Assembly (NCBI GenBank): GCA_947485745.1
Contig: CANKQY010000004.1
Location: 9,337 to 73,336, forward strand
Reading direction: 5' to 3'
Source: Bacteroidota bacterium
Lineage (GTDB): Bacteria; Bacteroidota; Bacteroidia; UKL13-3
Length of the DNA: 64,000 bases
Below are positions 1 to 10,073 of this stretch, piece after piece (position 1 is the first letter of the stretch; each line of letters begins with the position of its first letter). A program made the translations under genes and the position numbers. The notes below the pieces were generated by a model. It was not told the origin of the DNA. It worked only from the letters and a program-made list of their open reading frames with translations, and searched no databases.

Positions 1-345
1 AGTGCTCTTACCACCAGGAGCAGCGCATAAATCAAGGGCAATGGTATTTGCTGGAAGGGGCAAATTTTTGATACAAGCAGCTAAAAACATGCTAGAGCTT
101 TCCTGCACATAGTAGGCACCTGCATGCAAAAATGGATCTAAGATAAAAGAAGGGCGCTCTGCCAAATACCTGCCATTTGCGCACCATTCAATGGGCGTTT
201 CATTTTCAAATGCCGTACTTTTTTTATGGACATTGATACGAATAGAAGTGATGGCATTGTTTGATAATGCCTCAAAAAAATATCCTGCCTCCTCAGGAAA
301 AAGAGACAGAATACTTTCAACAAATTCTTTTGGCAATGTTTTCAC
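1..345 (-). CDS. RsmB/RsmF-family (NOL1/NOP2/Sun) rRNA cytosine-C5 methyltransferase, N-terminal part; the 3' end runs off the window
   Basis: This edge ORF is absent from the track. Hand translation of the minus strand in the frame ending at base 1 gives VKTLPKEFVESILSLFPEEAGYFFEAL...YVQESSSMFLAACIKNLPLPANTIALDLCAAPGGKST. DLCAAPGGK is the SAM-binding motif of this family. An in-frame stop at 349-351 leaves GTG at 345-343 as the only start candidate. Confidence 0.6.
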   Translation of the reverse strand, partial: MKTLPKEFVESILSLFPEEAGYFFEALSNNAITSIRINVHKKSTAFENETPIEWCANGRYLAERPSFILDPFLHAGAYYVQESSSMFLAACIKNLPLPANTIALDLCAAPGGKST

Positions 346-783
346 TGCTTACAAATTTAGTAGGTCTTCATTAGAAATTTTTTAAAATCAATTTTAATTC
401 ATCGTAAATATTTAAGAAAGTTTGATACTAGTCTTGTAATATAATAGAATCAGCTATTGTGCGACGATCAATGGCCACAGGATTTTTTGAAATATCTGTG
501 GCAATGGTTTTATCAAACTTTTTAAAATCGTGATTGAATTTAGCCAAAGTGTGCCTTAATTTAAATTAGTGTAATGATAAAAATTGTTAATTAATTTCTT
601 AAACAAAGCTAATCTCAATTTTTGGTTCAACAAATACTGAATGTCATGTATTCAAATGATTTTTATTGGTTCGAACCAAACCTAACTCATTAGAATTCAC
701 TTAAAAATATGTTAAATCCTAAGAATGCTTGAAGAGTGGTTTGATTTTGGTTATTTTCACAACCTGAAATAGAACAAATATTT

Positions 784-2217
784 ATGAAAAAATCAGCTTT
801 ATTTTTATTTATTATCCTGCTTTTGACAGGCAACACATTTGCTAAAGATGCCTATAATATTGCTATCACCATTAAAGGAGCGCCCAACAAAAAGTTTTAT
901 TTAGGCTATTATTTTGGCGACAAACAATATTTGAGAGATAGTGCTGTTACCGATAAAGCTGGTAAAATGGTTTACAAAGGCGATAAGCCTCTTGAGGGTG
1001 GAGTATACTTAGTTGCTACCGCAGAAAAATCTTTGTTGTTCGATTTTATTGTTACTGAACCCGAATTTAGTTTAGAAACAGATACAGCAGATGTTATCAT
1101 GAACATGAAGATCAAAGGTTCACCAGAAAACGATGTGTTTTTTGCTTACACGCGTTACACTTCTTCAATGGGTAGGCAAGCCAATGAATTAGATGCCCAG
1201 ATTAAAAAGGCCAAGGAAATCAATGATACTGCCACTTTAAGAATTACAGGTGAAAAATATAAAAAGATTTCACAAGACTTATTCGAATACAGAAAGGGTG
1301 TTTTAAAAGAACATCCTCAAATGTTATTGAGTAAGATTTTTAAAATGATGACAGATGTTGATGTGCCGGATGCTCCAAAGAATTCCAAAGGCGAAATCAT
1401 TGATTCAAATTTTCAGTTTAACTACTACTATAACCACTACTTTGATAATTTTGATTGGAGCGATGAACGCATTGTGAGAACACCTGTGTTCCACAACAAA
1501 TTTGAAGGATTTATGGTAAAATTAACGCCTCAAATTCCTGATAGCATTATTAAATCGGCAGATTTTGTTTTAACCAAAGCTGCTGCTGGTAAAGAGAACT
1601 TTAAATATTGCTTGTTCTGGATCACCAACCATTACGAAACTTCCACTTATATGGGAATGGACAAGGTTTTTGTGTACATGATAGATCAATATTATGCCAA
1701 AGGAAAAGCATTTTGGATTGATGAAACTTTGTTGTTTAAAATGAAAGACCGAGCAGATCAATTAAGGAATAATTTAATTGGTAACAGAGGTCCAAACTTA
1801 AATATGTTAGATACCAACAATGTGTATCATAGCCTTTACAATATCAAAGCAAAATATACCTTGCTCATATTCTGGGATGCCAATTGCGGTAAGTGTAAAG
1901 AAGAAATGCCAAAGCTAAGAACACTTTATGATGAACTAAACCCTAGAGGAGCAACAGGCTTAAAAATGTTTGATGTTTATGGCGTGAGCCTAACGCCAGA
2001 TTCTAAGGAGTGGCTAAAGTATTTACGCGAGAACAAATTGAAATGGTTAAATGTGTATGATCCAAATAATGAAACCAATTTCCGCAAATTATATGATATT
2101 TACAGCACGCCAGTTTTGTACTTGCTAGATGAAAACAAAAAGATTTTAGCCAAACGCATCAACGTGGAGCAACTAACAGAGTTTATCAAAGAAAGAGAAA
2201 AGAAGAACACTAAATAG
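784..2217 (+). CDS. Secreted thioredoxin-fold (TlpA/redoxin-like) protein with a large N-terminal domain
   Basis: Signal peptide MKKSALFLFIILLLTGNTFA. The C-terminal redoxin region carries a CxxC motif (LLIFWDANCGKCKEEMPKL). Confidence 0.7.
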   Translation: MKKSALFLFIILLLTGNTFAKDAYNIAITIKGAPNKKFYLGYYFGDKQYLRDSAVTDKAGKMVYKGDKPLEGGVYLVATAEKSLLFDFIVTEPEFSLETDTADVIMNMKIKGSPENDVFFAYTRYTSSMGRQANELDAQIKKAKEINDTATLRITGEKYKKISQDLFEYRKGVLKEHPQMLLSKIFKMMTDVDVPDAPKNSKGEIIDSNFQFNYYYNHYFDNFDWSDERIVRTPVFHNKFEGFMVKLTPQIPDSIIKSADFVLTKAAAGKENFKYCLFWITNHYETSTYMGMDKVFVYMIDQYYAKGKAFWIDETLLFKMKDRADQLRNNLIGNRGPNLNMLDTNNVYHSLYNIKAKYTLLIFWDANCGKCKEEMPKLRTLYDELNPRGATGLKMFDVYGVSLTPDSKEWLKYLRENKLKWLNVYDPNNETNFRKLYDIYSTPVLYLLDENKKILAKRINVEQLTEFIKEREKKNTK

Positions 2218-2243
2218 TTAATCCAATATTGTAATATCGCACT

Positions 2244-2960
2244 ATGAAAACCGATATCTTGGTATTTGCAGCACATCCTGATGATGCAGAATTGGCCTGT
2301 AGTGGAACAATCATGGCACATATTGCCCTTGGGTATAAAGTGGTGATTGTAGATTTAACCAGAGGTGAATTAGGCACCCGCGGTACTGCCGAAACCCGCG
2401 ATGAAGAAGCAAAAAAGGCCTCTGTAATTTTAGGGATACACAACAGAGAAAATTTAGGCTTTAGAGATGGATTCTTTGTAAAAGACGAGGTTCATTTGAT
2501 GAAGGTAATTGAGGTAATTAGAAAATACCAACCTGAAATTGTTTTGGCCAATGCCGAAAGCGATAGGCATATTGACCATGGTAGGGCTGCCGACTTGGTT
2601 CATGATGCGTGCTTTTTGTCTGGATTAAAGAAAATAAACACCTCCATTAATGGCAATACCCAACATGAATGGCGAACAAAAAAAGTATACCATTACATTC
2701 AGGATATGCTAACTAAGCCAGATATTGTTTTTGATATTACACCTTTTTTTGATCGGAAAATGGAATCAATTAAAGCTTTTGAAACACAATTTTACAATCC
2801 AAAATCAATAGAGCCAATAACGCCTATTGCCACAAAAGAATTTATCAAGCATATAGAAGGTAGGTGCCTTGAATATGGCAGGCAAATTGGCGTAAAATAT
2901 GGCGAAGGATTCACCGTTAAATCTAGCATCGGTTCGAGAAACTTATTGGATCAGATCTAA
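2244..2960 (+). CDS. bshB1: Bacillithiol biosynthesis deacetylase BshB1 (PIG-L/LmbE family)
   Basis: ILVFAAHPDDAELACSGTI, DLTRGELGTRGTAETRDEEA and ESDRHIDHGRAADLV follow the BshB1/LmbE zinc-deacetylase pattern along the full length. Confidence 0.75.
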   Translation: MKTDILVFAAHPDDAELACSGTIMAHIALGYKVVIVDLTRGELGTRGTAETRDEEAKKASVILGIHNRENLGFRDGFFVKDEVHLMKVIEVIRKYQPEIVLANAESDRHIDHGRAADLVHDACFLSGLKKINTSINGNTQHEWRTKKVYHYIQDMLTKPDIVFDITPFFDRKMESIKAFETQFYNPKSIEPITPIATKEFIKHIEGRCLEYGRQIGVKYGEGFTVKSSIGSRNLLDQI

Positions 2961-3853
2961 AAATTGGCAATATAAAATGCCTTTATTTTATTTAACCACA
3001 ATAAAGGTGGTATAGGAAATTTTAGCTGAACATTTTCTTGAAATGGATCCCCTAATTTCAATACTTGTTTATATAAAAAAGAAGAAGAAATACCCCATTT
3101 TTTAGCAAAGGTTTTTCGGCCATTATTTCTAACAACCCTACCTGTAGATTTGCATTTAAAATGATAAACCATACTACCACCAATTCCTTTAAAATCTCTT
3201 ACACCTAATTGCCAAATTTTCATTGCAAAATCTGGATCGGAATAAAATCCAGGAGAGTAAGCCACATCATAACCTTTGGCTAAATCCCAGATCTTTTTGT
3301 GCACAATACTTGGCGGCCAGCAAGCTCCAAACCAATCAGGTTTTGGTTTACTTTCAACCAATTTATTGAAGGCATCTTCATCAAAAGTATCATAGTCTCT
3401 ACCAAAATCATAGGGAGATAAAACAGCGGCATTTCCCGAATTTTCAAATTCAACCATAGTGCCCGAATAATAAAAATATTCATCGCCTTTGGCTTCAATT
3501 GCTTGCATCAAATAGTAATCCCAATCTTTGCCTACAAACATGTCGTCGTTTATATAGAGTATATAATTGGTGGTTACAAGCTTTGAAGATGAATTAAGTG
3601 CGTAACACACCCCAACATTTTCTTCAGAATAAGTATAGGCATAATCAGCAGCATCAACCCATTCTCTTGTGCCATCATTGCCTTCATTCACATGAATAAT
3701 AATTTGGTGTTTGAACCTACTATTTTGATGAATACTTTTGATACAAAGTTGAAGGTATGCTAGGTTATTCCAAGTTGGAATTAGAATACTGAATAGCGGG
3801 TATTCAACAAGCTTTTTTGCAGGATACGTTTTTATTTGAGGAGCGGAATTCAA
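2957..3853 (-). CDS. Family 2 glycosyltransferase
   Basis: N-terminal GT-A signature FSILIPTWNNLAYLQLCIKSI and a DxD-like YINDDMF. It overlaps the bshB1 stop by 4 nt in convergent orientation. Confidence 0.65.
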   Translation of the reverse strand: MNSAPQIKTYPAKKLVEYPLFSILIPTWNNLAYLQLCIKSIHQNSRFKHQIIIHVNEGNDGTREWVDAADYAYTYSEENVGVCYALNSSSKLVTTNYILYINDDMFVGKDWDYYLMQAIEAKGDEYFYYSGTMVEFENSGNAAVLSPYDFGRDYDTFDEDAFNKLVESKPKPDWFGACWPPSIVHKKIWDLAKGYDVAYSPGFYSDPDFAMKIWQLGVRDFKGIGGSMVYHFKCKSTGRVVRNNGRKTFAKKWGISSSFLYKQVLKLGDPFQENVQLKFPIPPLLWLNKIKAFYIANF

Positions 3854-3859
3854 GTACTT

Positions 3860-5419
3860 TTATTTATTTTTTGCTTCTGCCTCTGTTTCCTTTTCTGCCT
3901 TATATTGAATAGCTGAACCATAATACAATTCAACATTTACCCAAGATTTTTCAATTTTCAACTCTCTTGCAGTTTCAGTATCCACAATAACTATTATTTC
4001 CTTTGGCGTTCCCTTTGGTAAAGGTCCAATAACCATAGCAAAATCCTCTAAGTAATTGTCTTTGTTAACTATGTAAACAAATTTACCCTTTTCAATATTA
4101 TTGGCATATACTCCCCTATTTTGCGAAATCCTGCTTTCAAATTGGGCTAATCCATGAATGTTTTCAGAAACAATGGCCGTTTCTAAATTCATTTTAACTT
4201 GCTTAGCAATGCTACGCTCATAAGGAGACAAATCTCCTCTGGCCGAATTTATCACTAAATCTTGTCCTACCTTTACCCGATAATTTGTTAAGCCATTCCA
4301 GTTTATAATATCTGTTGCAGTAATCTTATATTTCTTGGCAATAGAAGCTAAAGTTTCACCATTTTTTACACAATGGGTGGTGTTTTTATTTCCATAACCT
4401 TTGCTTTGATTAGTTGTAGGTACATCAATGGCATTTGCCTCTGCTAAGCGCATTGAGTACAAATCAAATTGGTAATCTGTTTGTTTATAATCAAAAGCCT
4501 TATAGGCAATACCATCTGGGTGAGTATACATGCTATCTAAACGCGCAAAATCAGCTTCAAGTTTCTTTTTTCGCATGGCTAAAACAGCAACAGTATCTGC
4601 TATTTTATTTGATACCGGCTCATACTTTACCTTTTTTTCTACTTTTATTTCTTGCGGTTTAATGCTTGCAGTTGCAACCTTTACTCTGTTAGCATTAACT
4701 ATTGGTCTAGCAGTGGCCACTATTACTGGTGCTGTTGCTGGTTTTGGATTTACCGGTGGCAAATCTTCTTTAACAACTGCTTTGATGTTAGGTTTTATTT
4801 CTGCTTTTGCAATAATCGGGGTATTATCATAAGGAATTTTTATTTTTTGTCCTTCTTTTAAATTATGATTTTTCAATTCATTTAAAGCAATTACTTCTGC
4901 TGTATTTACCGCAAATGATTCGCTTAAATGCTGCACAGTTTGTGGAGAGGCTACAACATAAACTTTAAAAGGCTTTTCAACTTTCTTGGCTGGTGATGTT
5001 ACTTCTGCTTGCTTGCTTTCTGGTAAAACCTCAACAGGCTCTTCTTTAATTATCGATTCAGATTTTTGAGCAATTTTTTCTTCAGGGGTTGGAAGTGTTT
5101 TAGCCAAAGGTAATTTTGAAACGGCCATAGGCTTAACTGGCGCAATAGTAACAACGCCATATTTAGATTCGTTGACAGGTATTTTTAAAACCTGACCTTC
5201 ATATACTTTTCCGCTTAACAGCGGGTTGCTGCTGAGTACTTCCGACTCATTTACACCATATTTTTTGCTGATTGAATTAAGTGATTCAGATTTTATAACC
5301 CTATGAACAATAAACTTTTTTTCATTCCTGCTCTCTAGCCTCAACGAATCTTTGGGATTTGAAAAGGCTTGCAAACAAAAAAGAAAAAATAAAATAGCCA
5401 GGACTGACTTTATGAGCAT
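3860..5419 (-). CDS. Secreted LysM-repeat peptidoglycan-binding protein
   Basis: It has a signal peptide and three LysM units (HRVIKSESLNSISKKYGVNESEV..., YVVASPQTVQHLSESFAVNTAEV..., HCVKNGETLASIAKKYKITATDIINWNGL...). The units are separated by Pro/Lys/Ala-rich linkers. Confidence 0.75.
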   Translation of the reverse strand: MLIKSVLAILFFLFCLQAFSNPKDSLRLESRNEKKFIVHRVIKSESLNSISKKYGVNESEVLSSNPLLSGKVYEGQVLKIPVNESKYGVVTIAPVKPMAVSKLPLAKTLPTPEEKIAQKSESIIKEEPVEVLPESKQAEVTSPAKKVEKPFKVYVVASPQTVQHLSESFAVNTAEVIALNELKNHNLKEGQKIKIPYDNTPIIAKAEIKPNIKAVVKEDLPPVNPKPATAPVIVATARPIVNANRVKVATASIKPQEIKVEKKVKYEPVSNKIADTVAVLAMRKKKLEADFARLDSMYTHPDGIAYKAFDYKQTDYQFDLYSMRLAEANAIDVPTTNQSKGYGNKNTTHCVKNGETLASIAKKYKITATDIINWNGLTNYRVKVGQDLVINSARGDLSPYERSIAKQVKMNLETAIVSENIHGLAQFESRISQNRGVYANNIEKGKFVYIVNKDNYLEDFAMVIGPLPKGTPKEIIVIVDTETARELKIEKSWVNVELYYGSAIQYKAEKETEAEAKNK

Positions 5420-5541
5420 AATAAAATAATAAAACTCAAAAATAAGTAAAATCAGGGAGTAGTGCCCTTATTTAGTTAACCCTACACCTTGTGCGAAAAC
5501 CAATTTTCTATACACCTCAAGCAAATTCAGACACTCACAAC

Positions 5542-5838
5542 TTATTTTACAAGATCTTCTACCAATAAACTCCAAGCCATAGGTTTGTTGTTAAACAAGA
5601 CTTTGGTGCGGGCCCAAGTATCTTTAAAAAGTGGTGAAAATCGGTACTTATTTAAGCAAGCCTCATTGGTCCAAAAACTATGGGTAAACAAAACGTTTGT
5701 TTCCTCCGAATCACGCAATAAAGTTAGACCTTCGCATCCCTCCGAATTGGCGATTTTATTTTTTACCTCGTCGAAAAGTAACAGGAAATCAGGTACCTTT
5801 TCTGGTTCAAAACTCATTCTAACTATTCTATTGATCAT
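5542..5838 (-). CDS. ABM-domain (antibiotic biosynthesis monooxygenase-like) small protein
   Basis: MINRIVRMSFEPEKVPDFLLLFDEVKNKI...LFTHSFWTNEACLNKY is typical of the ferredoxin-like ABM fold. I prefer the second ATG (5838) to the track start at 5856. Confidence 0.5.
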   Translation of the reverse strand: MINRIVRMSFEPEKVPDFLLLFDEVKNKIANSEGCEGLTLLRDSEETNVLFTHSFWTNEACLNKYRFSPLFKDTWARTKVLFNNKPMAWSLLVEDLVK

Positions 5839-5865
5839 AGTGCAAAGGCAAAACATTTAATTCAA

Positions 5866-5893
5866 AATTCTGAATTCTTAATTCTGAATTATT
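5866..5893. promoter_or_regulatory. Tandem 14-bp repeat AATTCTGAATTCTT / AATTCTGAATTATT in the divergent ABM / PadR promoter region
   Basis: Read directly from the sequence. The 11-mer AATTCTGAATT occurs at 5866-5876 and 5880-5890, and again at 54567-54577 upstream of hppD. Confidence 0.35.
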
Positions 5894-6003
5894 TTTAATA
5901 ATTGATTTACAATACTTTATAATTTTATATAGTATTATGTGTTACATAGTACTGATTTATGTATAGTTTTGTGCCATACTTTGAACCTAGTAATATAATA
6001 ATT

Positions 6004-6345
6004 ATGGATATTGAAAATAGTAAAGCACAAATGAAGAAGGGTATTTTAGAATATTGCATTCTATCTATCATCAGCAGAGGCGAAGCTTATGCAAGCGATA
6101 TTATTGATGAAATGAAGGAGGCTAAATTACTAGTAGTGGAAGGAACTTTATACCCTTTATTGAGTAGGTTAAAAAACGACAACCTTTTAAGCTACAATTG
6201 GGTGGAAAGCAAAAGTGGTCCACCCAGAAAATATTATCAATTAACAGAGGAAGGAAAATTAATCATGACCGAATTAGAAGCTACCTGGAACGAATTGGCG
6301 GAGGCAGTAAATCACACAACTAAAAAAACAATCAATCAACAATAA
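6004..6345 (+). CDS. PadR-family transcriptional regulator
   Basis: KKGILEYCILSIISRGEAYASDIIDEMKE...VEGTLYPLLSRLKNDNLL...PPRKYYQLTEEG is a canonical PadR winged helix. The start is taken at ATG 6004 (MDIENSK...). Confidence 0.8.
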   Translation: MDIENSKAQMKKGILEYCILSIISRGEAYASDIIDEMKEAKLLVVEGTLYPLLSRLKNDNLLSYNWVESKSGPPRKYYQLTEEGKLIMTELEATWNELAEAVNHTTKKTINQQ

Positions 6346-6347
6346 CC

Positions 6348-8285
6348 ATGGAAAAAGTATTTCAAATTCACTTAGCCGGTGTTCTTTTCACTATTGAAGA
6401 ACAAGCCTACCTGCAACTTAAAACATACCTTGATAACATGCATGCGCATTTTAACAGCAATGCCGAAGTGGTTCAAGATATAGAAGGAAGAATGGCGGAA
6501 TTGTTTGGTCAAAAATTAGGTTCGAACCGAACAACGCTATTTACAAAAGATGTAGATGAAGTTACACAAACTTTGGGCAATATTAAACAAATGGTTGAAC
6601 ATGGTGAAACACATGCCAAGCCTCTTGAATCAAAAATTCAAAATCCTGCTCATCGCAGATTAAGAAGGAGCCCAAGCGATCAAAATTTAGGTGGTGTATG
6701 TTCTGGCATCGCGTCCTTTTTTGATGTTGACCCGGTAATGGTGCGTGTATTTTTTGTCATCATGATGGTATTATATGGCAGTGGCGTTTTACTATATTTG
6801 GTTTTATGGGTGATCCTACCCGAAGCCAAAGGTGAGGAAGCTGAATACATGAGATTGCAGCGTTTGAACAAAACCAAGCGTTTATTTAGAGATGCTGAAA
6901 GTCGCATGATTGGTGGTATTTCTGCAGGATTAGCTAGCTATTTTGGAATTGATAGAACGTGGATTCGTTTAGGATTTGTGGTTTCAGTTTTCCTTTTTGG
7001 AACTGGTTTTTGGCTATACATTATCCTGTGGATCATTGTTCCAAAGGCTGTATCAGCTAGCGATAAACTTTTAATGAGAGGTGAATCCGTTGACATTAGG
7101 AGTATTGAAAAAGAAGTAATGCAAAACCAAGGTTCAAATAAAATGAACAATTTTGCTCAGCATGGTAGTAACGTATTGGGCAAAATTATTAAAGGTGCCA
7201 TTAAGCTATTCGGCGGCCTATTTGCCTTAGTATTGTTTTCTCTTGTTATTGGAATAAGTGTAGCCATGATTGCGGTATTTTTTAATTTGGGTCAAACCAA
7301 CTTTATCAATGAATTGATTGCATTTACTGTTAAAGACAAAAGCATCATATATGCTGCTAAACTTGGTGTTTTATTAACCATTATCACCCCAATTATTGGC
7401 TTGTTATTAATTGTTATTAGGTCGCTTTTTAATGCAAAAATGATTAATAAAACTTGGGCTTTTACCATCCTTGGTTTCTTCTTAATAGGCGTTGCTTGTT
7501 TAACCTATTCGGGTATTAGTTTTGCGGCGAGTATAAGTAAAAAAGAATCTACACTTAGCGTAAATAAAATAGCTGCACCAGACACACTCTATTTAGAAGG
7601 TATTGAAATGCCTTTTAACAATGGAGAAAACAATGGTCTTGAAAATGATATGGAAATGGTGTTTCAAGACAAAGGAATATTGATGGGTAAAGACCAGTTT
7701 TATTTGGAGTTAGACAACATAAAAATAAAACAAAGTAAATCGGATAGTGTTACGTTAAAGGTGGTTAGAAGATCGAATGGTAGCAACCAATTGGATGCTG
7801 AAAGTAAAATAGATATGATCATTTATGCGCCGGAGATAATAGGTAATAAAATAATTATCCCTTCTTACTTTAGTTTAAATAAAGACAAGCAATTTAGCTG
7901 GCAAGAAGTTGAGGTTACCTTATATGTTCCTGAGAAAAAAATGATCAACATTGATATGAATGTAAAAGACATTTTGGATGATGAGAATATAAATGAGGCA
8001 GATGGTGATTTTTATCAATTTGTAAATGGAGAACTTATTTGTATGAATTGCTTGGCAGAAGACGACAAACTAGCAGATGAGGAAGAAAGCATGGAAGAGG
8101 AAGCCAATTTTGACCTAAATATGAAAGATGGCGACAATAATGTGAACATGGAAATTAAAATTTCCGACGATGGCAATGGTAATTCTATAAAAACTAAAAA
8201 AGTTATTAAAAAGGATGGCAAAGAAATTACCATTGAGGAAACCAAAAGTGGGAATACTACTATTAAAAAAAGAACAGAAAAATAA
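6348..8285 (+). CDS. PspC-domain membrane protein
   Basis: It has two PspC-like segments (LRRSPSDQNLGGVCSGIASFFDVDPVMVRVFFV and RDAESRMIGGISAGLASYFGIDRTWIRLGFV) and several TM helices. It starts 2 nt after the PadR stop, the usual PadR-PspC pairing. Confidence 0.75.
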   Translation: MEKVFQIHLAGVLFTIEEQAYLQLKTYLDNMHAHFNSNAEVVQDIEGRMAELFGQKLGSNRTTLFTKDVDEVTQTLGNIKQMVEHGETHAKPLESKIQNPAHRRLRRSPSDQNLGGVCSGIASFFDVDPVMVRVFFVIMMVLYGSGVLLYLVLWVILPEAKGEEAEYMRLQRLNKTKRLFRDAESRMIGGISAGLASYFGIDRTWIRLGFVVSVFLFGTGFWLYIILWIIVPKAVSASDKLLMRGESVDIRSIEKEVMQNQGSNKMNNFAQHGSNVLGKIIKGAIKLFGGLFALVLFSLVIGISVAMIAVFFNLGQTNFINELIAFTVKDKSIIYAAKLGVLLTIITPIIGLLLIVIRSLFNAKMINKTWAFTILGFFLIGVACLTYSGISFAASISKKESTLSVNKIAAPDTLYLEGIEMPFNNGENNGLENDMEMVFQDKGILMGKDQFYLELDNIKIKQSKSDSVTLKVVRRSNGSNQLDAESKIDMIIYAPEIIGNKIIIPSYFSLNKDKQFSWQEVEVTLYVPEKKMINIDMNVKDILDDENINEADGDFYQFVNGELICMNCLAEDDKLADEEESMEEEANFDLNMKDGDNNVNMEIKISDDGNGNSIKTKKVIKKDGKEITIEETKSGNTTIKKRTEK

Positions 8286-8488
8286 TAACTATAAATAGTT
8301 GATAGGTTAAAATGCTAAACAAAGTTTAAGACCAAAGTAAAGCAAATTACCACCTTTGTTCAATCCAAGATAATTTAATGGAGGTAAGAAACGATTGAAA
8401 GAAAATACGCAATATCAAAAGCTATGGTGAAATACTAGAAATTTTAATTTAATTTGTTGAAATTAGCAATTAATAAGACCTACACAAT

Positions 8489-9415
8489 ATGGAGCAAATG
8501 GAAAGCCTGATCAATGATATCAAAGCTAAATTACAGGCCAATGGACAAGATCCTGAAAATTATTTAAGAGGGTTGAAGCATAACAGAGCCATCAATTATT
8601 GGGAATATATACAAGTAGATACGCTGCTATCCCTACAAAATCCCAGAACTGATTTTAAAGATGAAACTATTTTTATCATGTACCATCAAATCACAGAATT
8701 GGTATTGAAATTAATAAGGCATGAGTTAGATCAACTGTGTTTAACAGAAATGGAACCAAGGTTATTTGTTGAAAAATTATACCGCATGGTTAGGTATACA
8801 GATTTATTGAGCAGTTCATTTAGCATTATGAACCAAGGCATGAGTTACGAAGATTACAACCAATTTAGGTTGAGCCTCTCCCCTGCCAGCGGCTTTCAAT
8901 CGGCTCAATTCAGGTTTATTGAACTAATGTGTACCGATGTTGATTTATTGATACACGAACATTTTAGAAAGAACCTAACAACAGAAAATACCCTTGCCGA
9001 AAAATTTGATTTTGTTTATTGGCAAGAAGCTGGTTATAACAGAGAGGCTAAAAAGAAAAATAAAACCCTCACAGATTTTGAAACTAAATACCTAGGAAGT
9101 TTTATTCAAACTGCCGAAAACATGAAGGATAAAAACCTGAATCAAAAGTACAAAACCATGCTTAAAAGTTTGGATCAAACCGGACAAGAAAATTTAATTG
9201 CGGCATTGAGAGCCTTTGATAAAAAATACAACATAGATTGGCCAATGGTGCACCTAGAAACCGCCAGAACCTACTTAAAATCAAAAGGCGAAGTTAAAAC
9301 CGCAACAGGCGGTAGCCATTGGGAAAAATACCTCCATCCACAATTCCAAAGAAGAATTTACTTCCCAGAATTATGGTCGAAGGAAGAAATGGAGAATTGG
9401 GGGAAAGAAGATTAA
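8489..9415 (+). CDS. kynA: Tryptophan 2,3-dioxygenase
   Basis: YWEYIQVDTLLSLQNPRTDFKDETIFIMYHQITELVLKLIRHE and the SGFQSAQFRFIE segment match the bacterial TDO family. Confidence 0.7.
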   Translation: MEQMESLINDIKAKLQANGQDPENYLRGLKHNRAINYWEYIQVDTLLSLQNPRTDFKDETIFIMYHQITELVLKLIRHELDQLCLTEMEPRLFVEKLYRMVRYTDLLSSSFSIMNQGMSYEDYNQFRLSLSPASGFQSAQFRFIELMCTDVDLLIHEHFRKNLTTENTLAEKFDFVYWQEAGYNREAKKKNKTLTDFETKYLGSFIQTAENMKDKNLNQKYKTMLKSLDQTGQENLIAALRAFDKKYNIDWPMVHLETARTYLKSKGEVKTATGGSHWEKYLHPQFQRRIYFPELWSKEEMENWGKED

Positions 9416-9423
9416 ATCATATC

Positions 9424-10005
9424 CTACTTACCACTTTCATTAAATACAAATTTCTTCGGTTTGAACCGAATATTTACGCCAAAAGTTAGGAGATTTTTAT
9501 TTGCAATTTGTAAGCCATTCATGTATTGATACAAAGGCAAATCATACATTCCATAAAAGGTAACCGACTTTATTGAATAGGTAACTTGAGGCACAAAGGA
9601 TATTTTAGAGCCACCGGTAGATTCTGGCTCCACAGAAATTCCTTGGGCAATAAAATCTACATTTGGACTTAACAGCATTTTCCCAAAATGCTCATACCTT
9701 AATTGCCCGGTTAATACTAATTTCTTAAAATAGGTTTTGCTCGCAAACAAACCGATTCCAAGAAAATCGCCAAACTTCTCCCCCAAGGCGTTATAACCTT
9801 TGTGCATATAAGTGCCACTTATGAAAACCTTTAACTTTGCTTTTTTAAACTCCTGTAAAGCAAAACCATAAAAAATAAAATCATTTGATCCTGTAGTGGT
9901 TTGAACTGTGGGTGGCGAAATAATTTGAATGGTATTACCGTTGCTAGGATTAATATACACAGGGGTTGAATCGTGGGCGTTTCCCAATAGAATTTTAATG
10001 CCCAA
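9424..10005 (-). CDS. Outer-membrane beta-barrel protein, apparently 5'-truncated (possible pseudogene)
   Basis: Alternating beta-strand pattern ending ...LLTFGVNIRFKPKKF. The track start is a TTG. The frame stays open to 10098 (reading ...RHFELTLGLGIKILLGN) with no signal peptide and no earlier start codon, and it runs into the 3' end of the upstream gene. Confidence 0.4.
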   Translation of the reverse strand: MGIKILLGNAHDSTPVYINPSNGNTIQIISPPTVQTTTGSNDFIFYGFALQEFKKAKLKVFISGTYMHKGYNALGEKFGDFLGIGLFASKTYFKKLVLTGQLRYEHFGKMLLSPNVDFIAQGISVEPESTGGSKISFVPQVTYSIKSVTFYGMYDLPLYQYMNGLQIANKNLLTFGVNIRFKPKKFVFNESGK

Positions 10006-10073
10006 ACCTAATGTAAGCTCAAAATGCCTTTTTGCATTACTCTTTTCATAAACGTTGTATCTCGGTAAAATAA

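Noticed and set aside
138-385. Track ORFs 138-323 (-) and 191-385 (+)
   Set aside because: Both are low-complexity and overlap the edge ORF. In another frame that ORF encodes a clear RsmB/RsmF N-terminus ending in the CAAPGGK SAM motif.
428-547. 39-codon minus-strand ORF (TTG start) MAKFNHDFKKFDKTIATDISKNPVAIDRRTIADSIILQD
   Set aside because: It reads like real protein, but it is short, has no ATG and belongs to no family I recognise. It could be a gene remnant, and I cannot support a call.
666-679. TTGGTTCGAACCAA, considered as a tRNA T-arm (GGTTCGAA-like)
   Set aside because: The flanks are AT-rich, with no acceptor, D or anticodon stems. I treat it as a member of the GGTTYRAACC word family. 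I found no tRNA anywhere in the window.
4435-4861. Three + strand ORFs (4435-4662, 4530-4832, 4652-4861) antisense to the LysM gene
   Set aside because: They are hydrophobic and low-complexity, and are translations of the antisense of the Pro/Ala/Lys-rich linker region. The minus-strand LysM protein is well supported.
5489-5860. 123-aa + strand ORF opposite the ABM gene
   Set aside because: It has no recognisable motifs, whereas the minus-strand frame gives a typical ABM-domain sequence.
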